From Candidatus Babeliales bacterium (GTDB taxonomy: Bacteria > Babelota > Babeliae > Babelales > JACPOV01), in NCBI GenBank assembly GCA_020054235.1, contig JAGVLQ010000025.1, positions 922-64,921 on the forward strand: a DNA stretch of 64,000 nt, in the 5' to 3' direction. The translations under genes and the position numbers were made by a program. This document shows, piece after piece, positions 45,611-54,716 of the stretch (positions are counted from its first letter, which is position 1; each line of letters begins with the position of its first letter). A model generated the notes under the pieces. The model ran no database searches and had not been told where the DNA came from. It saw only the letters and a list, made by a program, of their open reading frames with translations.

Positions 45611-45697
45611 TGGTGCCGAGGACCGGACTCGAACCGGTACAGACAAAAGTCCGAAGGATTTTAAGTCCTTTGCGTCTACCTATTCCGCCACCTCGGC
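45611..45697 (-). tRNA. tRNA-Leu (anticodon UAA), CCA encoded
   Basis: The reverse complement gccgaggtggcggaataggtagacgcaaaggacttaaaatccttcggacttttgtctgtaccggttcgagtccggtcctcggcacca folds as a class II tRNA. Acceptor GCCGAGG/CCTCGGC, anticodon loop cTTAAaa, long variable arm, T-arm accgg-ttcgagt-ccggt. Confidence 0.95.
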
Positions 45698-45770
45698 ATC
45701 ACAAGATATGATAAAATATGATTACTTAATATGCCTTATTTTTAGGCAAAATAAAAGATTTTTTTTGAGC

Positions 45771-45844
45771 TGGAGGCGGCACCCGGATTCGAACCGGGGA
45801 TCAGGGATTTGCAGTCCCATGCCTTACCACTTGGCTATGCCGCC
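45771..45844 (-). tRNA. tRNA-Cys (anticodon GCA), CCA encoded
   Basis: The reverse complement is ggcggcatagccaagtggtaaggcatgggactgcaaatccctgatccccggttcgaatccgggtgccgcctcca. Acceptor GGCGGCA/TGCCGCC, anticodon loop ctGCAaa, T-arm cccgg-ttcgaat-ccggg. Discriminator U, as expected for Cys. Confidence 0.95.
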
Positions 45845-45859
45845 TAAAAAATATTAAAT

Positions 45860-46381
45860 TTAAGAATCAAACTTCTCTATTTTTTCTTTAAGCTCTTCTG
45901 CTGTAATGGAAGGAACATCAGCAGGAACTTCATGCCCTTCAGGCTTTTCAAACTGATTCAAATATCCTTTGGTGCATGCTCCTACTACAGCATAGCCTTT
46001 GTGTTTCCACTCAGCAGTACCACCTTCATAGGCCCAAACATTCTTGAATCCTAAATCTTTAAGCATTTTAGCAGATTCAGCACTCGCTGTACACATATAA
46101 TTTGCACAATATACCACAAGATGAGTATTCTCTTTATCCCAATTCTTTTTAGCATATTCTTCAAGATCATCCATTGAAATATTTAATGAAACTACATTCT
46201 TGCCTGGTATTGCAAGCTTAGATGGATCAATATGACAATCTTCGTACAAAATTTTATCAAGAACATTTACAATAATTAAACCAGGCAGAGCCTCTGCCTT
46301 CTTTTCTGGCAATCTGCATGAAGTACCAAAAAGAGCGAGAATACAAACTCCCGCTAGCATTAAGAAGCTTCGAGTTTTCAT
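45860..46381 (-). CDS. rhodanese-domain sulfurtransferase lipoprotein
   Basis: The ATG at 46381 follows AAGGA; the track start 46492 is an extension that overlaps lepB. Lipobox-like LFGTSC. Rhodanese active-site loop VVYCANYMCTAS. Confidence 0.7.
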   Translation of the reverse strand: MKTRSFLMLAGVCILALFGTSCRLPEKKAEALPGLIIVNVLDKILYEDCHIDPSKLAIPGKNVVSLNISMDDLEEYAKKNWDKENTHLVVYCANYMCTASAESAKMLKDLGFKNVWAYEGGTAEWKHKGYAVVGACTKGYLNQFEKPEGHEVPADVPSITAEELKEKIEKFDS

Positions 46382-46446
46382 AATTTTTCCTTTTTTTAAT
46401 TGTGTACCTCTACTGTACCAAAAAATGTACGCAGCGCAATAGTTTT

Positions 46447-47328
46447 TTAATAAACCAATTGCATAAAGCGGCTCCAACGAACGCGCTTCCAAAAACTAAT
46501 TGGATTTGAAAGCAAGTCAAAAATCAACCAAGAATCATTACTATCTATAGAAATCAAGCGCAAAACAATTTTGCCATGAATAAGATCACCATCGAGGGGT
46601 CCCCAAAAACGTGAATCATTACTGCCTCGACGATTATCACCTAAGACCCAATATTCATTGGCTCCAAGTTTAATATCATATTCATCAAGATTTTTTCCTT
46701 GAGCATCATAGACTGGTGTATAAGGATAACGCACAGGGTCTTCACCATAGCGAGTCAAAAAACGCTTAGCAAAAATTACATCTTTTTCATCCATAGCATA
46801 ATAGGGCTGATCTTCAAAATTTTTTTTAGGATCCCATGATTTATATAATCCTGATGCTGGCATTTTGCCATCTTTAAAGGCTGCAATGAGCGGATACGGA
46901 TTTATGTAAGGTTCATCTAATTTCTCACCGTTGATATAAATAACTGGCTTGCCATCTTCCATGATACCTTGAACATGATCTCCCGGTAAACCAATTACGC
47001 GCTTTGTCCAATTTGATGGGCCCCATACATATTTTTGAAATGTTCTTATATAAGGATTTTTAGAATAATCAAAAGTCGCATCATTAAACGTGATAATATC
47101 ACCCCGCTTTGGTGAAGAAAAAAGCACCGTAAACTTATCTGCAAAAAAACGCTCCCCAATAAGCATGGTTACTTCCATAGAACCTGTAGGCACTTGATAA
47201 AGACCATAAAAAAAAGTACGAATAAAAAAAGCAATCGGCAAAATAATAATAAATGTTTCAACATATTGTGCAAACGTTGATTTATTCGGCCGATTATACC
47301 ATCTTCGTAATTTTTGCAAAGCATTCAT
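46447..47328 (-). CDS. lepB: signal peptidase I
   Basis: Catalytic Ser box PTGSMEVTM, Lys box KRVIGLPGD and GDNRRGSNDSRFWG box. Confidence 0.92.
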   Translation of the reverse strand: MNALQKLRRWYNRPNKSTFAQYVETFIIILPIAFFIRTFFYGLYQVPTGSMEVTMLIGERFFADKFTVLFSSPKRGDIITFNDATFDYSKNPYIRTFQKYVWGPSNWTKRVIGLPGDHVQGIMEDGKPVIYINGEKLDEPYINPYPLIAAFKDGKMPASGLYKSWDPKKNFEDQPYYAMDEKDVIFAKRFLTRYGEDPVRYPYTPVYDAQGKNLDEYDIKLGANEYWVLGDNRRGSNDSRFWGPLDGDLIHGKIVLRLISIDSNDSWLIFDLLSNPISFWKRVRWSRFMQLVY

Positions 47329-47341
47329 ATTTTTTCCTTTA

Positions 47342-48226
47342 TTATGCAGCTAAAACCTTTAAAGGGTCTATATGTTTTTTACATCGTTTGACTTCAAAAT
47401 GTAAATGGTAAGCATTTTTACCACCTTTTTTTCCTCGTACAGCACCAGTATTACCAACGGTCCCAACTTTCTGTCCAGCAAAGACTCGCTGTCCATCTTT
47501 TACCGTAATATGATCTAGATGAGCATAACGGGTTTGAAATATGCCATCTGCATGGCCAATTAAAATTGTTTTTCCATAACCGTTGTTTATTCCTGCTTCC
47601 AAAACTATCCCCAATCCAGCTGCTTTTACGGGAGTACCTTTTGGCGCCGCCATATCAATACCATAATGAAACCCTTCAGAACCATCTTCTTTTTTGCGAG
47701 GTCCAAATCGAGAACTTAACCAAAATTTTTTTCGATCCATAGGCCAATGTAGCAACCCAATTCGATATGTTTTTTTTGTTGATTGTTTCAATGGTTGTTT
47801 AGAGATCAATTTTTTAGTTGCTTTTGTTTCTGATCGTGCTATACCTGCTTCATGCTCTGGTACAAAAGAAGACTTATAAAAATTTTTGATTTCCTGTTCT
47901 AAATTATATTTTTTTGCATAATCGAGAGCATCCTGCTCCAGATAAAGTTGATCACGATTTACCATTACAAATTGCTGGTTTTTTTCCTTGGCAGAAAAAT
48001 CACCTTCTATCCATTTTTGCTGAAAGTTTTGAACATCACTCTGCTCTTGAGAAACACAGGTATAGGTACTTAAATAAATTTTTGAAAAATTAATTTCTCT
48101 ATAATTATGCATAAAATCTTCATATTCAAAATACAATCCTACAGCAATTACCATGAGAAGTACACAAAAAAATAAGCAGAAAAATCGCAAAAAAAGAAGA
48201 TTATTTTGTTTCTGTGGATATTTCAT
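47342..48226 (-). CDS. M23-family (LytM-type) peptidase
   Basis: HYGIDMAAPKGTPVKAA (HxxxD) and AYHLHFEV (HxH) motifs, with an N-terminal membrane anchor. Confidence 0.88.
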   Translation of the reverse strand: MKYPQKQNNLLFLRFFCLFFCVLLMVIAVGLYFEYEDFMHNYREINFSKIYLSTYTCVSQEQSDVQNFQQKWIEGDFSAKEKNQQFVMVNRDQLYLEQDALDYAKKYNLEQEIKNFYKSSFVPEHEAGIARSETKATKKLISKQPLKQSTKKTYRIGLLHWPMDRKKFWLSSRFGPRKKEDGSEGFHYGIDMAAPKGTPVKAAGLGIVLEAGINNGYGKTILIGHADGIFQTRYAHLDHITVKDGQRVFAGQKVGTVGNTGAVRGKKGGKNAYHLHFEVKRCKKHIDPLKVLAA

Positions 48227-48227
48227 G

Positions 48228-48941
48228 TCATATTTCTATAACGGCATCGTGAGGTAACCACCCAAAAGTATTCTGCCCTACTTCAATTTTATACCAACCC
48301 TCTTTTTCTGCCTTAATAATCACTTCTTGTCCTCTTTTGAGATTGCCAATCACTGCCAATTTATCACTGGGGCCAACAAAAAAAGATCCATCCTGCATAA
48401 CAAGAGCATATCTTGTTGTATGCTCTAAATATTTGCTTTTTAAAATACCTCCAATACAAACCAAAGCCAATAACAGAATACTTACAATAAAATAACGCCG
48501 GCCAATAATAATTTTTGCAATAAAAAAACAAAACAGAAACCAAATCAATAAGAAAATTAGTTGGCTTATAAATAATGATAATCGATGGGCTGTCATTCTT
48601 ACAAAATCTGAAATCCATGACTGCTCGTGTAACAAACCAAGCTTTTCTGATTCAATTTTTTTTATCTGTTCTTGAATCTCAGCATAAAAAGGCATAGAAG
48701 CGCTTTTTGCGGCACGCTTATAAAAAAGCAGTGCTTTGACAAATTCTTCCTGCATATAACAACAGTGACCCATATTATACCAAACTGCCGAACCTTTATT
48801 TTTTATGCTTTCATATACTAAAAAAGCCTTTTTATAATCTTTCTGGTCATACAATTGATTTGCTTTTAAAAAAAGCTCTTGATTATTATGCGCTCCTAAA
48901 AAAGAAAAAAATAAACAAAAAAATAGACTTCTTTTTTTCAT
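48228..48941 (-). CDS. batE: BatE-like TPR + SH3 domain protein
   Basis: The ATG at 48941 overlaps the batD stop as ATGA. Signal, TPR-like segment (YDQKDYKKAFLVYESI), two TM helices, and a C-terminal SH3-like GWYKIEVGQNTFGWLPHDAV. Confidence 0.6.
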   Translation of the reverse strand: MKKRSLFFCLFFSFLGAHNNQELFLKANQLYDQKDYKKAFLVYESIKNKGSAVWYNMGHCCYMQEEFVKALLFYKRAAKSASMPFYAEIQEQIKKIESEKLGLLHEQSWISDFVRMTAHRLSLFISQLIFLLIWFLFCFFIAKIIIGRRYFIVSILLLALVCIGGILKSKYLEHTTRYALVMQDGSFFVGPSDKLAVIGNLKRGQEVIIKAEKEGWYKIEVGQNTFGWLPHDAVIEI

Positions 48942-50638
48942 TGTTTTTCCAAAATCTCTAACCACTGACGCGCCTGAGAAAACAACTGTTCTTGATCTTT
49001 CATGGGATATCGCTCAAAAAATCTTTGTTGCGAAATTGTGTTAAAAAAATCCTGCCATTGAGCTTTATATTCAGCAAAATTACTATTTTGTTTCAGATAT
49101 TGTTCAATTAATTCTGCTGTTACTTGCTCTGATGAAATCATAAGCCGATGAGCGAAAAACAAAATAAATATTCCATATAGCGCTTGTGTATCATTAACAT
49201 CATGCGCATAACTCAGTGATTTTTTTGCATTTTTAAAAGCATTTTTTTTAAGTGCAAATATCTTATTTTTTGCCTGATAACGCGTACTTAAAAAATGAAC
49301 AAATTTATAAAGAGGAATAAAACTAATCAAACTACAAACAATAAAAAATAACACCCATGACATTGAACGCTCTTTGGGTTCAGACCACGGCCCATCTTGC
49401 TGCAAAGGAAGCACCTGCACAGCACTTTCTTCTTCTTTTGCTGCATCTTGAGATTGTTTTTCAGCTTCACGCAAACCATTTTCAAGAACTTCTATTTCAA
49501 GAGGATTACTTTCTATAGTTTTGATATTTCGAGTAGTAAGATCAAAATAGGTAAAATATTGGGAAGGAATAGACCAACTTCCTGGCTTAATTCCTTGCAC
49601 AATATATTCGAATGTCTTTCTGTTTTTTGCTTGATCAATGAAACTTTTAGATTCATAAAATTTAAGGCCCTCAGGCATAACCAATGCTGGTGCAACAATC
49701 GATTGCAAATCACCCTCACCTTCTATGACTAAAGAATAGACAATCCCCTCTCCTTCATGAGCTTGGGCATGATCAACAAAGGCAGAAATGCTGGCAAATC
49801 TACCAATAGCATCGATAGCTTTATCATGTGCAGGTAATTCGCTAACCACAATCGACAGTGCATTTGAATAAATCTGCTTTTTATCAAGACCTCCATCAAA
49901 CAAACGATCAAATATATCTAAAGCATTACTTCGAAAAGTACGCTGCATTTTATAAATGGCTGAAACAGACGGAATTTTAAGCGCTCCCGCTTTTTTGGGA
50001 TAAATTTTATTGCGCCATTCGATATAATTTACCACATTACCATCTATCATTTCTGAACCACTATAGGGCCCTTCTAATTTGGTAGCAGAAAAATCTTTAA
50101 ATGAAGGCTCCGACATTCCTTCTAAATTTACTGACTTTACAGGATAAAATCGTATTTTAAAATTTATCGGTTCACCAATAACAGCATCCTTTTTATCAAC
50201 TGATAGGGAAATAAAAGGCTCAGATAACTTGCTTACTTTTTGTTCATTGACCACTTCAAGCGTCAAAATATTGGATTGCAATCGTCGTTTATTGCTCACC
50301 AGAAGTGCTGGTCCAAAAGTATGAATCCCAGGTTTATCAATAAGTACATGATATTGATAAATTTTTTTTGTTGATCGAACACCATTAATAATACTATTAA
50401 TCGTACTTACATGCCCTTTATCATCCACAGAAACATGTTCAAGGCCTGCAACTTGTGGTGTTCCAGGAATACTGTTCTGACTCGTTACCCGAACTTCAAG
50501 AATGAATGGCATATTCGTTACAGCTTGTGTTATTGATTTGCCATTCATATCGAGGGCTTGCAATATAATTTCATCAGCACCTAATGAAAAACAATACAAA
50601 AAAAATAAAAAAACTATCTTACCAATTTTTTTGTCCAT
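48938..50638 (-). CDS. batD: BatD-like (oxygen tolerance) protein
   Basis: Size, signal peptide, beta-rich N-terminal two-thirds, a single TM (WVLFFIVCSLISFIPLY) and its position after batA-batB-batC. Confidence 0.6.
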   Translation of the reverse strand: MDKKIGKIVFLFFLYCFSLGADEIILQALDMNGKSITQAVTNMPFILEVRVTSQNSIPGTPQVAGLEHVSVDDKGHVSTINSIINGVRSTKKIYQYHVLIDKPGIHTFGPALLVSNKRRLQSNILTLEVVNEQKVSKLSEPFISLSVDKKDAVIGEPINFKIRFYPVKSVNLEGMSEPSFKDFSATKLEGPYSGSEMIDGNVVNYIEWRNKIYPKKAGALKIPSVSAIYKMQRTFRSNALDIFDRLFDGGLDKKQIYSNALSIVVSELPAHDKAIDAIGRFASISAFVDHAQAHEGEGIVYSLVIEGEGDLQSIVAPALVMPEGLKFYESKSFIDQAKNRKTFEYIVQGIKPGSWSIPSQYFTYFDLTTRNIKTIESNPLEIEVLENGLREAEKQSQDAAKEEESAVQVLPLQQDGPWSEPKERSMSWVLFFIVCSLISFIPLYKFVHFLSTRYQAKNKIFALKKNAFKNAKKSLSYAHDVNDTQALYGIFILFFAHRLMISSEQVTAELIEQYLKQNSNFAEYKAQWQDFFNTISQQRFFERYPMKDQEQLFSQARQWLEILEKQ

Positions 50639-51857
50639 ACTGTTCCGGCATTATTTTCTTTATTGTTCCCTTAAGAGCATGTTTTACCATTGTGGCATCT
50701 TTTTCTTCAAGCGCTTGCAAAAAGGCCATTTCTTGTTCATTTAAGCGGTCATCAATCTCCTTTGTTTCTTGTTGCTCAGCTTGCTCAAGCATCGCTGCTT
50801 CTTTTTCTTGCCCTTTTTCATCTGCTTTCGTATCATCAAAAGATAACCCTTGTTGTCCAGAAGGACCTTCATGCTCTTGTTTTTGTTCGTGCCCATTTTG
50901 ACCTTGATCAGCGGAATCTTCTTCGTGCGCTTGTTCGTTCATGTTCTTTTTAGACTTCCCCTGCGATTGATCAATGGATTGATTATGTTTTTGTTCTGCC
51001 CCTTTTTGCTGATCATCTTTCCTATTATTTTTATTATCAAAATCTTGTCGTTTTTGGTTGGATTGGGATTTCTCATTTTCAGCGTTATTTGGTTTTTCAA
51101 GCGATTCTGACATCCCTTGATCTTCACTTCTTTGAGATTTATTTTCATCGCTCTGAGTATCATCTTGCTTGGCTCCTTGTTGCTCAGATGATTCTTGCCC
51201 AGGTTTTTCTTGGTTATTTTCTTTAGTTTTTTCTTGTTTATCATTCTTCTTCTGCTGCTGATTCCCTTTTTTTTCATTCTGCTCATCATTTTTTTCATTA
51301 TCTGAATCAGATTGCTGGTTATTTTGGTCTTTATTTTGATCTTTTTGCTGTTGCTGTTTTTGCTCCTGATCCTTCTTTTTTTGTTCTTCTTCCTTCTTTT
51401 GCTGCTCCTGTTGTTTTTGCTGCTCAAGCAACTCTTTAATTTGATTAATCATATCTTGGGCTTGTGTATGCTGCAAATCAATTTCCAAAACTTTTTCATA
51501 CGCCTCTAGGGCTTCTATTAATTTTTTTTGTTGAACTCTGGCATTACCAAGATCAAAAAGTCCTCTTTTTTTAAGTTCATCAGAAAGTGTACTGTTTTTC
51601 AGAAACTCTTCAAAACATCCTTCTGCTTGCTTGAAATCTTTCTTTGCATAGGCAACTTTACCCAAATTATACAATGACTGCGTATCGCCATCATTATGTA
51701 CAACAAGATCTTGAAACAATCGCTCTGCTTTATCATAATCTTTTTGATTATAAGCAGAAACTGCACGCTGCTGGTTAATGAGTGAATTTATACCAGCAAA
51801 CAACTGAAAATTTATACCTAGCAAAAAAAAAGTCCAATAAAAACATAGCATAATCAT
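50619..51857 (-). CDS. batC: BatC-like TPR protein with very long Gln/Lys/Glu/Asp-rich low-complexity tail
   Basis: The start is uncertain. The ATG at 51857 overlaps the batB stop as ATGA; the track start is 51887. TM helix, TPR units (YNQKDYDKAERLFQDL, YNLGKVAYAKKDFKQAEGCFEEF), then about 250 aa of low complexity. Confidence 0.6.
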   Translation of the reverse strand: MIMLCFYWTFFLLGINFQLFAGINSLINQQRAVSAYNQKDYDKAERLFQDLVVHNDGDTQSLYNLGKVAYAKKDFKQAEGCFEEFLKNSTLSDELKKRGLFDLGNARVQQKKLIEALEAYEKVLEIDLQHTQAQDMINQIKELLEQQKQQEQQKKEEEQKKKDQEQKQQQQKDQNKDQNNQQSDSDNEKNDEQNEKKGNQQQKKNDKQEKTKENNQEKPGQESSEQQGAKQDDTQSDENKSQRSEDQGMSESLEKPNNAENEKSQSNQKRQDFDNKNNRKDDQQKGAEQKHNQSIDQSQGKSKKNMNEQAHEEDSADQGQNGHEQKQEHEGPSGQQGLSFDDTKADEKGQEKEAAMLEQAEQQETKEIDDRLNEQEMAFLQALEEKDATMVKHALKGTIKKIMPEQYGQKNW

Positions 51858-52861
51858 ACTAACCATTCGAGTGCAAAACAAACACATGAAACTGCTGCAA
51901 AATAAGCATAGCGTTCAATTAAATTTGAAAATTTTTTATCCTCAATCCCTTCTTTTTCAAACTGCTGCAACTGCTGTAATAATGATCGAATGTCTTCATC
52001 GCTCTCTTGAGCGAGCAAATAATTACCGCCTGTCTCTCGGGCCAAGGCACGCAAAATCCCTTCATTCAAACGTGAAATTACAACAGTACCTTTATCATCC
52101 TTTTGATGACCCAATGAATTGCCATGATCATCGTACAATGGAATCGGTGCACCTTCTTGTGTACCAAGACCAATAGTAAAAATAGTCAAACCAAGATCTA
52201 CTGCTTTTGCCTTTACTCCTGCCAAATTACTTGAAAAATCCTCACCATCAGTAAAAATAGTAAGTAATTTATTTTTTTTAGAACCCATATCCTCAAAAAT
52301 TTTTATAGATTTTAAAATTGCTTGATCTAAAGCCGTTGTACCAGAGGAAATAGTTTGTTCATCAATTTGATCCAAAAACATAAAAAATGATTTGTAATCA
52401 CTGGTAAGAGGACAAAGAACTATTGTCGAACCTGCAAAAATAATAAGACCAACACGCTCGCATTCCAGCGTTTTTACCAGCTTTTTTATCTTTGTTTTTG
52501 CAAATTCTAAACGGTTTGGGTTACGATCTTGTGCTAGCATACTTTTAGAAACATCAAGTGCAATCAAAAGATCTCTTCCCTCTTGCGCAACAATTTCATC
52601 CCTTTTTCCCCACGCCGGCTGCAAAAAAGTAATAAAAAGAAAAAATAACCCAAGCATAAACACAAAGGTTTTTATTAAAAATTTTGTTGTTGAAGCATGC
52701 AACAACAATGATGATCGCCACTTTGGTGAAGCTAAAAGCTTAACAATCAAAAGCTTCTTATAAAGCTGATAATTATAAAGCAAACCAATTACTAAAAAAA
52801 GTGGCAGGTATTTCCAAACATGCCATGCCTGAAACTGAATATCTAAACTGAGAATGTTCAT
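51854..52861 (-). CDS. batB: BatB-like von Willebrand factor A domain membrane protein
   Basis: N-terminal TM helices. VWA MIDAS motif LLIALDVSKSM. ATGA overlap with batA. Confidence 0.8.
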   Translation of the reverse strand: MNILSLDIQFQAWHVWKYLPLFLVIGLLYNYQLYKKLLIVKLLASPKWRSSLLLHASTTKFLIKTFVFMLGLFFLFITFLQPAWGKRDEIVAQEGRDLLIALDVSKSMLAQDRNPNRLEFAKTKIKKLVKTLECERVGLIIFAGSTIVLCPLTSDYKSFFMFLDQIDEQTISSGTTALDQAILKSIKIFEDMGSKKNKLLTIFTDGEDFSSNLAGVKAKAVDLGLTIFTIGLGTQEGAPIPLYDDHGNSLGHQKDDKGTVVISRLNEGILRALARETGGNYLLAQESDEDIRSLLQQLQQFEKEGIEDKKFSNLIERYAYFAAVSCVCFALEWLV

Positions 52862-53853
52862 AATCTAAACCATACAAACGTAGTTAATAAAAGTTCACTC
52901 AGTAAAAAAATAAGTATTGCAATGATAAACGGAAATACTAATTCATAATAATTGCTAAAAACATCCGTTTCGATTTCCGTCTTTTCTAAAGTATCTATGG
53001 TATCATAAATTCTAGCAATATCATCAGGGTTTTGTGCTGCAAAAAATTGGCCTCCTGTTTGTTGCGCAATCGCTTGAAGTAACTGTTTATTCATTTTAAA
53101 GCCCATGGAACGAATGCCAAATAATGGGTCATGCCACAAGCCCCCATGTTCGCCACCAACACCAATGGTATAAATTTTTATACCTAATTTTCTTGCTAAT
53201 TCAACTGGAATACTTGGCTCAATATCAATACCCGGGGTTGGTTCACCATCGGTAAGTAAAATAATCAATTTTGTTTTGGCTTTGGATTTCTTAAGACGAT
53301 TTGCCGCCATACTTATTGCGATGCTCAAAACAGTACCATCTGGATTTATATCACCCAACTTAAGATCTTTAATAATGCTTTTTAAAATATTTTTATCAAG
53401 CGTTAATGGACATCGAGAAATAGCATCTCTACCAAAAAGTACAAGACCTATTTGATCATGTTCTCTTTTTTCAATAAACCGTATTGCTTCTTGCTTTGCA
53501 ACTTCAAAGCGAGGGCGTTGATCTCTGATATCATCAAAGCATTGCATACTACCAGATGCATCAAGCACCAACATAATATCATGACCTTCTATATGTACTT
53601 TCGAATGAACATTAACTAATTGCGGCCTAGCCACAAGCAAACCAAGAGTCAATAAAGCAAAGAGACGCAATACAAAAGGCATATAGTGTTGAATATGTGA
53701 AATTGTATAATTTGTTCTTTTTAGTTCACTGGTTAGCGAATACCGATACAAAACTGGCTTGTAAAATTTGTGGCGAATAAAAGCAATAAGAACCACAATA
53801 ATTATGTTTGCTACTGCTACCCACGGATGCGCAAAGCGAAAGAAATATTCCAC
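52858..53853 (-). CDS. batA: BatA-like von Willebrand factor A domain membrane protein
   Basis: GTG start preceded by AGGAAA. TM helices at both ends. MIDAS motif IMLVLDASGSM. Confidence 0.8.
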   Translation of the reverse strand: MEYFFRFAHPWVAVANIIIVVLIAFIRHKFYKPVLYRYSLTSELKRTNYTISHIQHYMPFVLRLFALLTLGLLVARPQLVNVHSKVHIEGHDIMLVLDASGSMQCFDDIRDQRPRFEVAKQEAIRFIEKREHDQIGLVLFGRDAISRCPLTLDKNILKSIIKDLKLGDINPDGTVLSIAISMAANRLKKSKAKTKLIILLTDGEPTPGIDIEPSIPVELARKLGIKIYTIGVGGEHGGLWHDPLFGIRSMGFKMNKQLLQAIAQQTGGQFFAAQNPDDIARIYDTIDTLEKTEIETDVFSNYYELVFPFIIAILIFLLSELLLTTFVWFRL

Positions 53854-53856
53854 GAT

Positions 53857-54582
53857 CTATTTTCCTGTTTGTTCTAAAAACCACGCATGTACACGTTTGA
53901 CAAATTCTTCTTCAGTTTCTCCTATTTGGAAAATAAAAGGCTTTCCAATAACTAAGCGTATCGGAAATGGACGAATAAAAAAAGCGTACGGTGGATAGAC
54001 CTCACCAACATTGTACATCATCACGGGAAATACTGGCCTGCCTGTACCTTTGGCAAGTATAGCAAAGCCATAAAAAAATGAATGAATTTCACCATCAATA
54101 TAACGTCCACCTTCAGGAAAAAGCATAAGATGGCTTTTGCGTTCTTTGACAATATCAACTGCTTTTTCAAGCGAACCAACTAACTTTCGCAAACCGCTGT
54201 GGTCAACTACCACATTCATACGTCGTGCGACAAAACCAAAAAGAGGAATTTTTGCATAGCGCACCAAAAAAAGCCATACATGCGGTGCACCATTGACTAA
54301 AAAGCCAAGCAGAGGTATATCAAATGCTGATTGATGATTGGCCACAAAAATAGCTGGGTCCTTTGGTAAATTTTCTTTGCCCTCAACCGTTACCGGCACA
54401 AGAGAACCATAAACCGCTGCTTTGTACACTAGATTAGTAAACCAATAATAGACGCGGTTGTCATAACGCCATTTTTGTGGCAAACACGCGATAAAAAAAC
54501 AAGGAACAAAGGCAATTGCTATGGCAATAGACACAATAATATAGGTAAAAATTGTACGCAAAAATAACAAGAATGTATTCAT
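53857..54582 (-). CDS. plsC: 1-acyl-sn-glycerol-3-phosphate acyltransferase
   Basis: Acyltransferase motifs ANHQSAFDIP (NHxxxxD) and LFPEGGR, with an N-terminal TM. Confidence 0.88.
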   Translation of the reverse strand: MNTFLLFLRTIFTYIIVSIAIAIAFVPCFFIACLPQKWRYDNRVYYWFTNLVYKAAVYGSLVPVTVEGKENLPKDPAIFVANHQSAFDIPLLGFLVNGAPHVWLFLVRYAKIPLFGFVARRMNVVVDHSGLRKLVGSLEKAVDIVKERKSHLMLFPEGGRYIDGEIHSFFYGFAILAKGTGRPVFPVMMYNVGEVYPPYAFFIRPFPIRLVIGKPFIFQIGETEEEFVKRVHAWFLEQTGK

Positions 54583-54716
54583 AAAAAAACCTTTCAGGCT
54601 ATTCTTTTAGTTTAGCCACAATGGGTTCTTACTTCAATAATACAAATTTATTATCTTTAATTTTCTATTTTTTTAATTCAAACATTTTTATACAAATGAG
54701 ATTAATCAAAGCATTT

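Noticed and set aside
45528-45617. SRP (4.5S) RNA, a second tRNA, or an att-site duplication next to tRNA-Leu.
   Set aside because: No GNRA-capped helix with the conserved AGCA/GGAA-type SRP loops. No T-arm GTTCRA motif or cloverleaf. The only sequence shared with the tRNA 3' end is about 6-7 nt (ggtgcc), too short to call an att repeat, and no integrase is nearby.
50690-51509. Several ORFs of 65-162 aa in other frames or on the other strand of the batC low-complexity region (for example 50939..51427 -, 50850..51110 +, 51312..51509 +).
   Set aside because: They are artefacts of a purine-rich, stop-poor repetitive coding region. Their products are pure low complexity, and they overlap the batC frame, which continues into TPR and TM segments.
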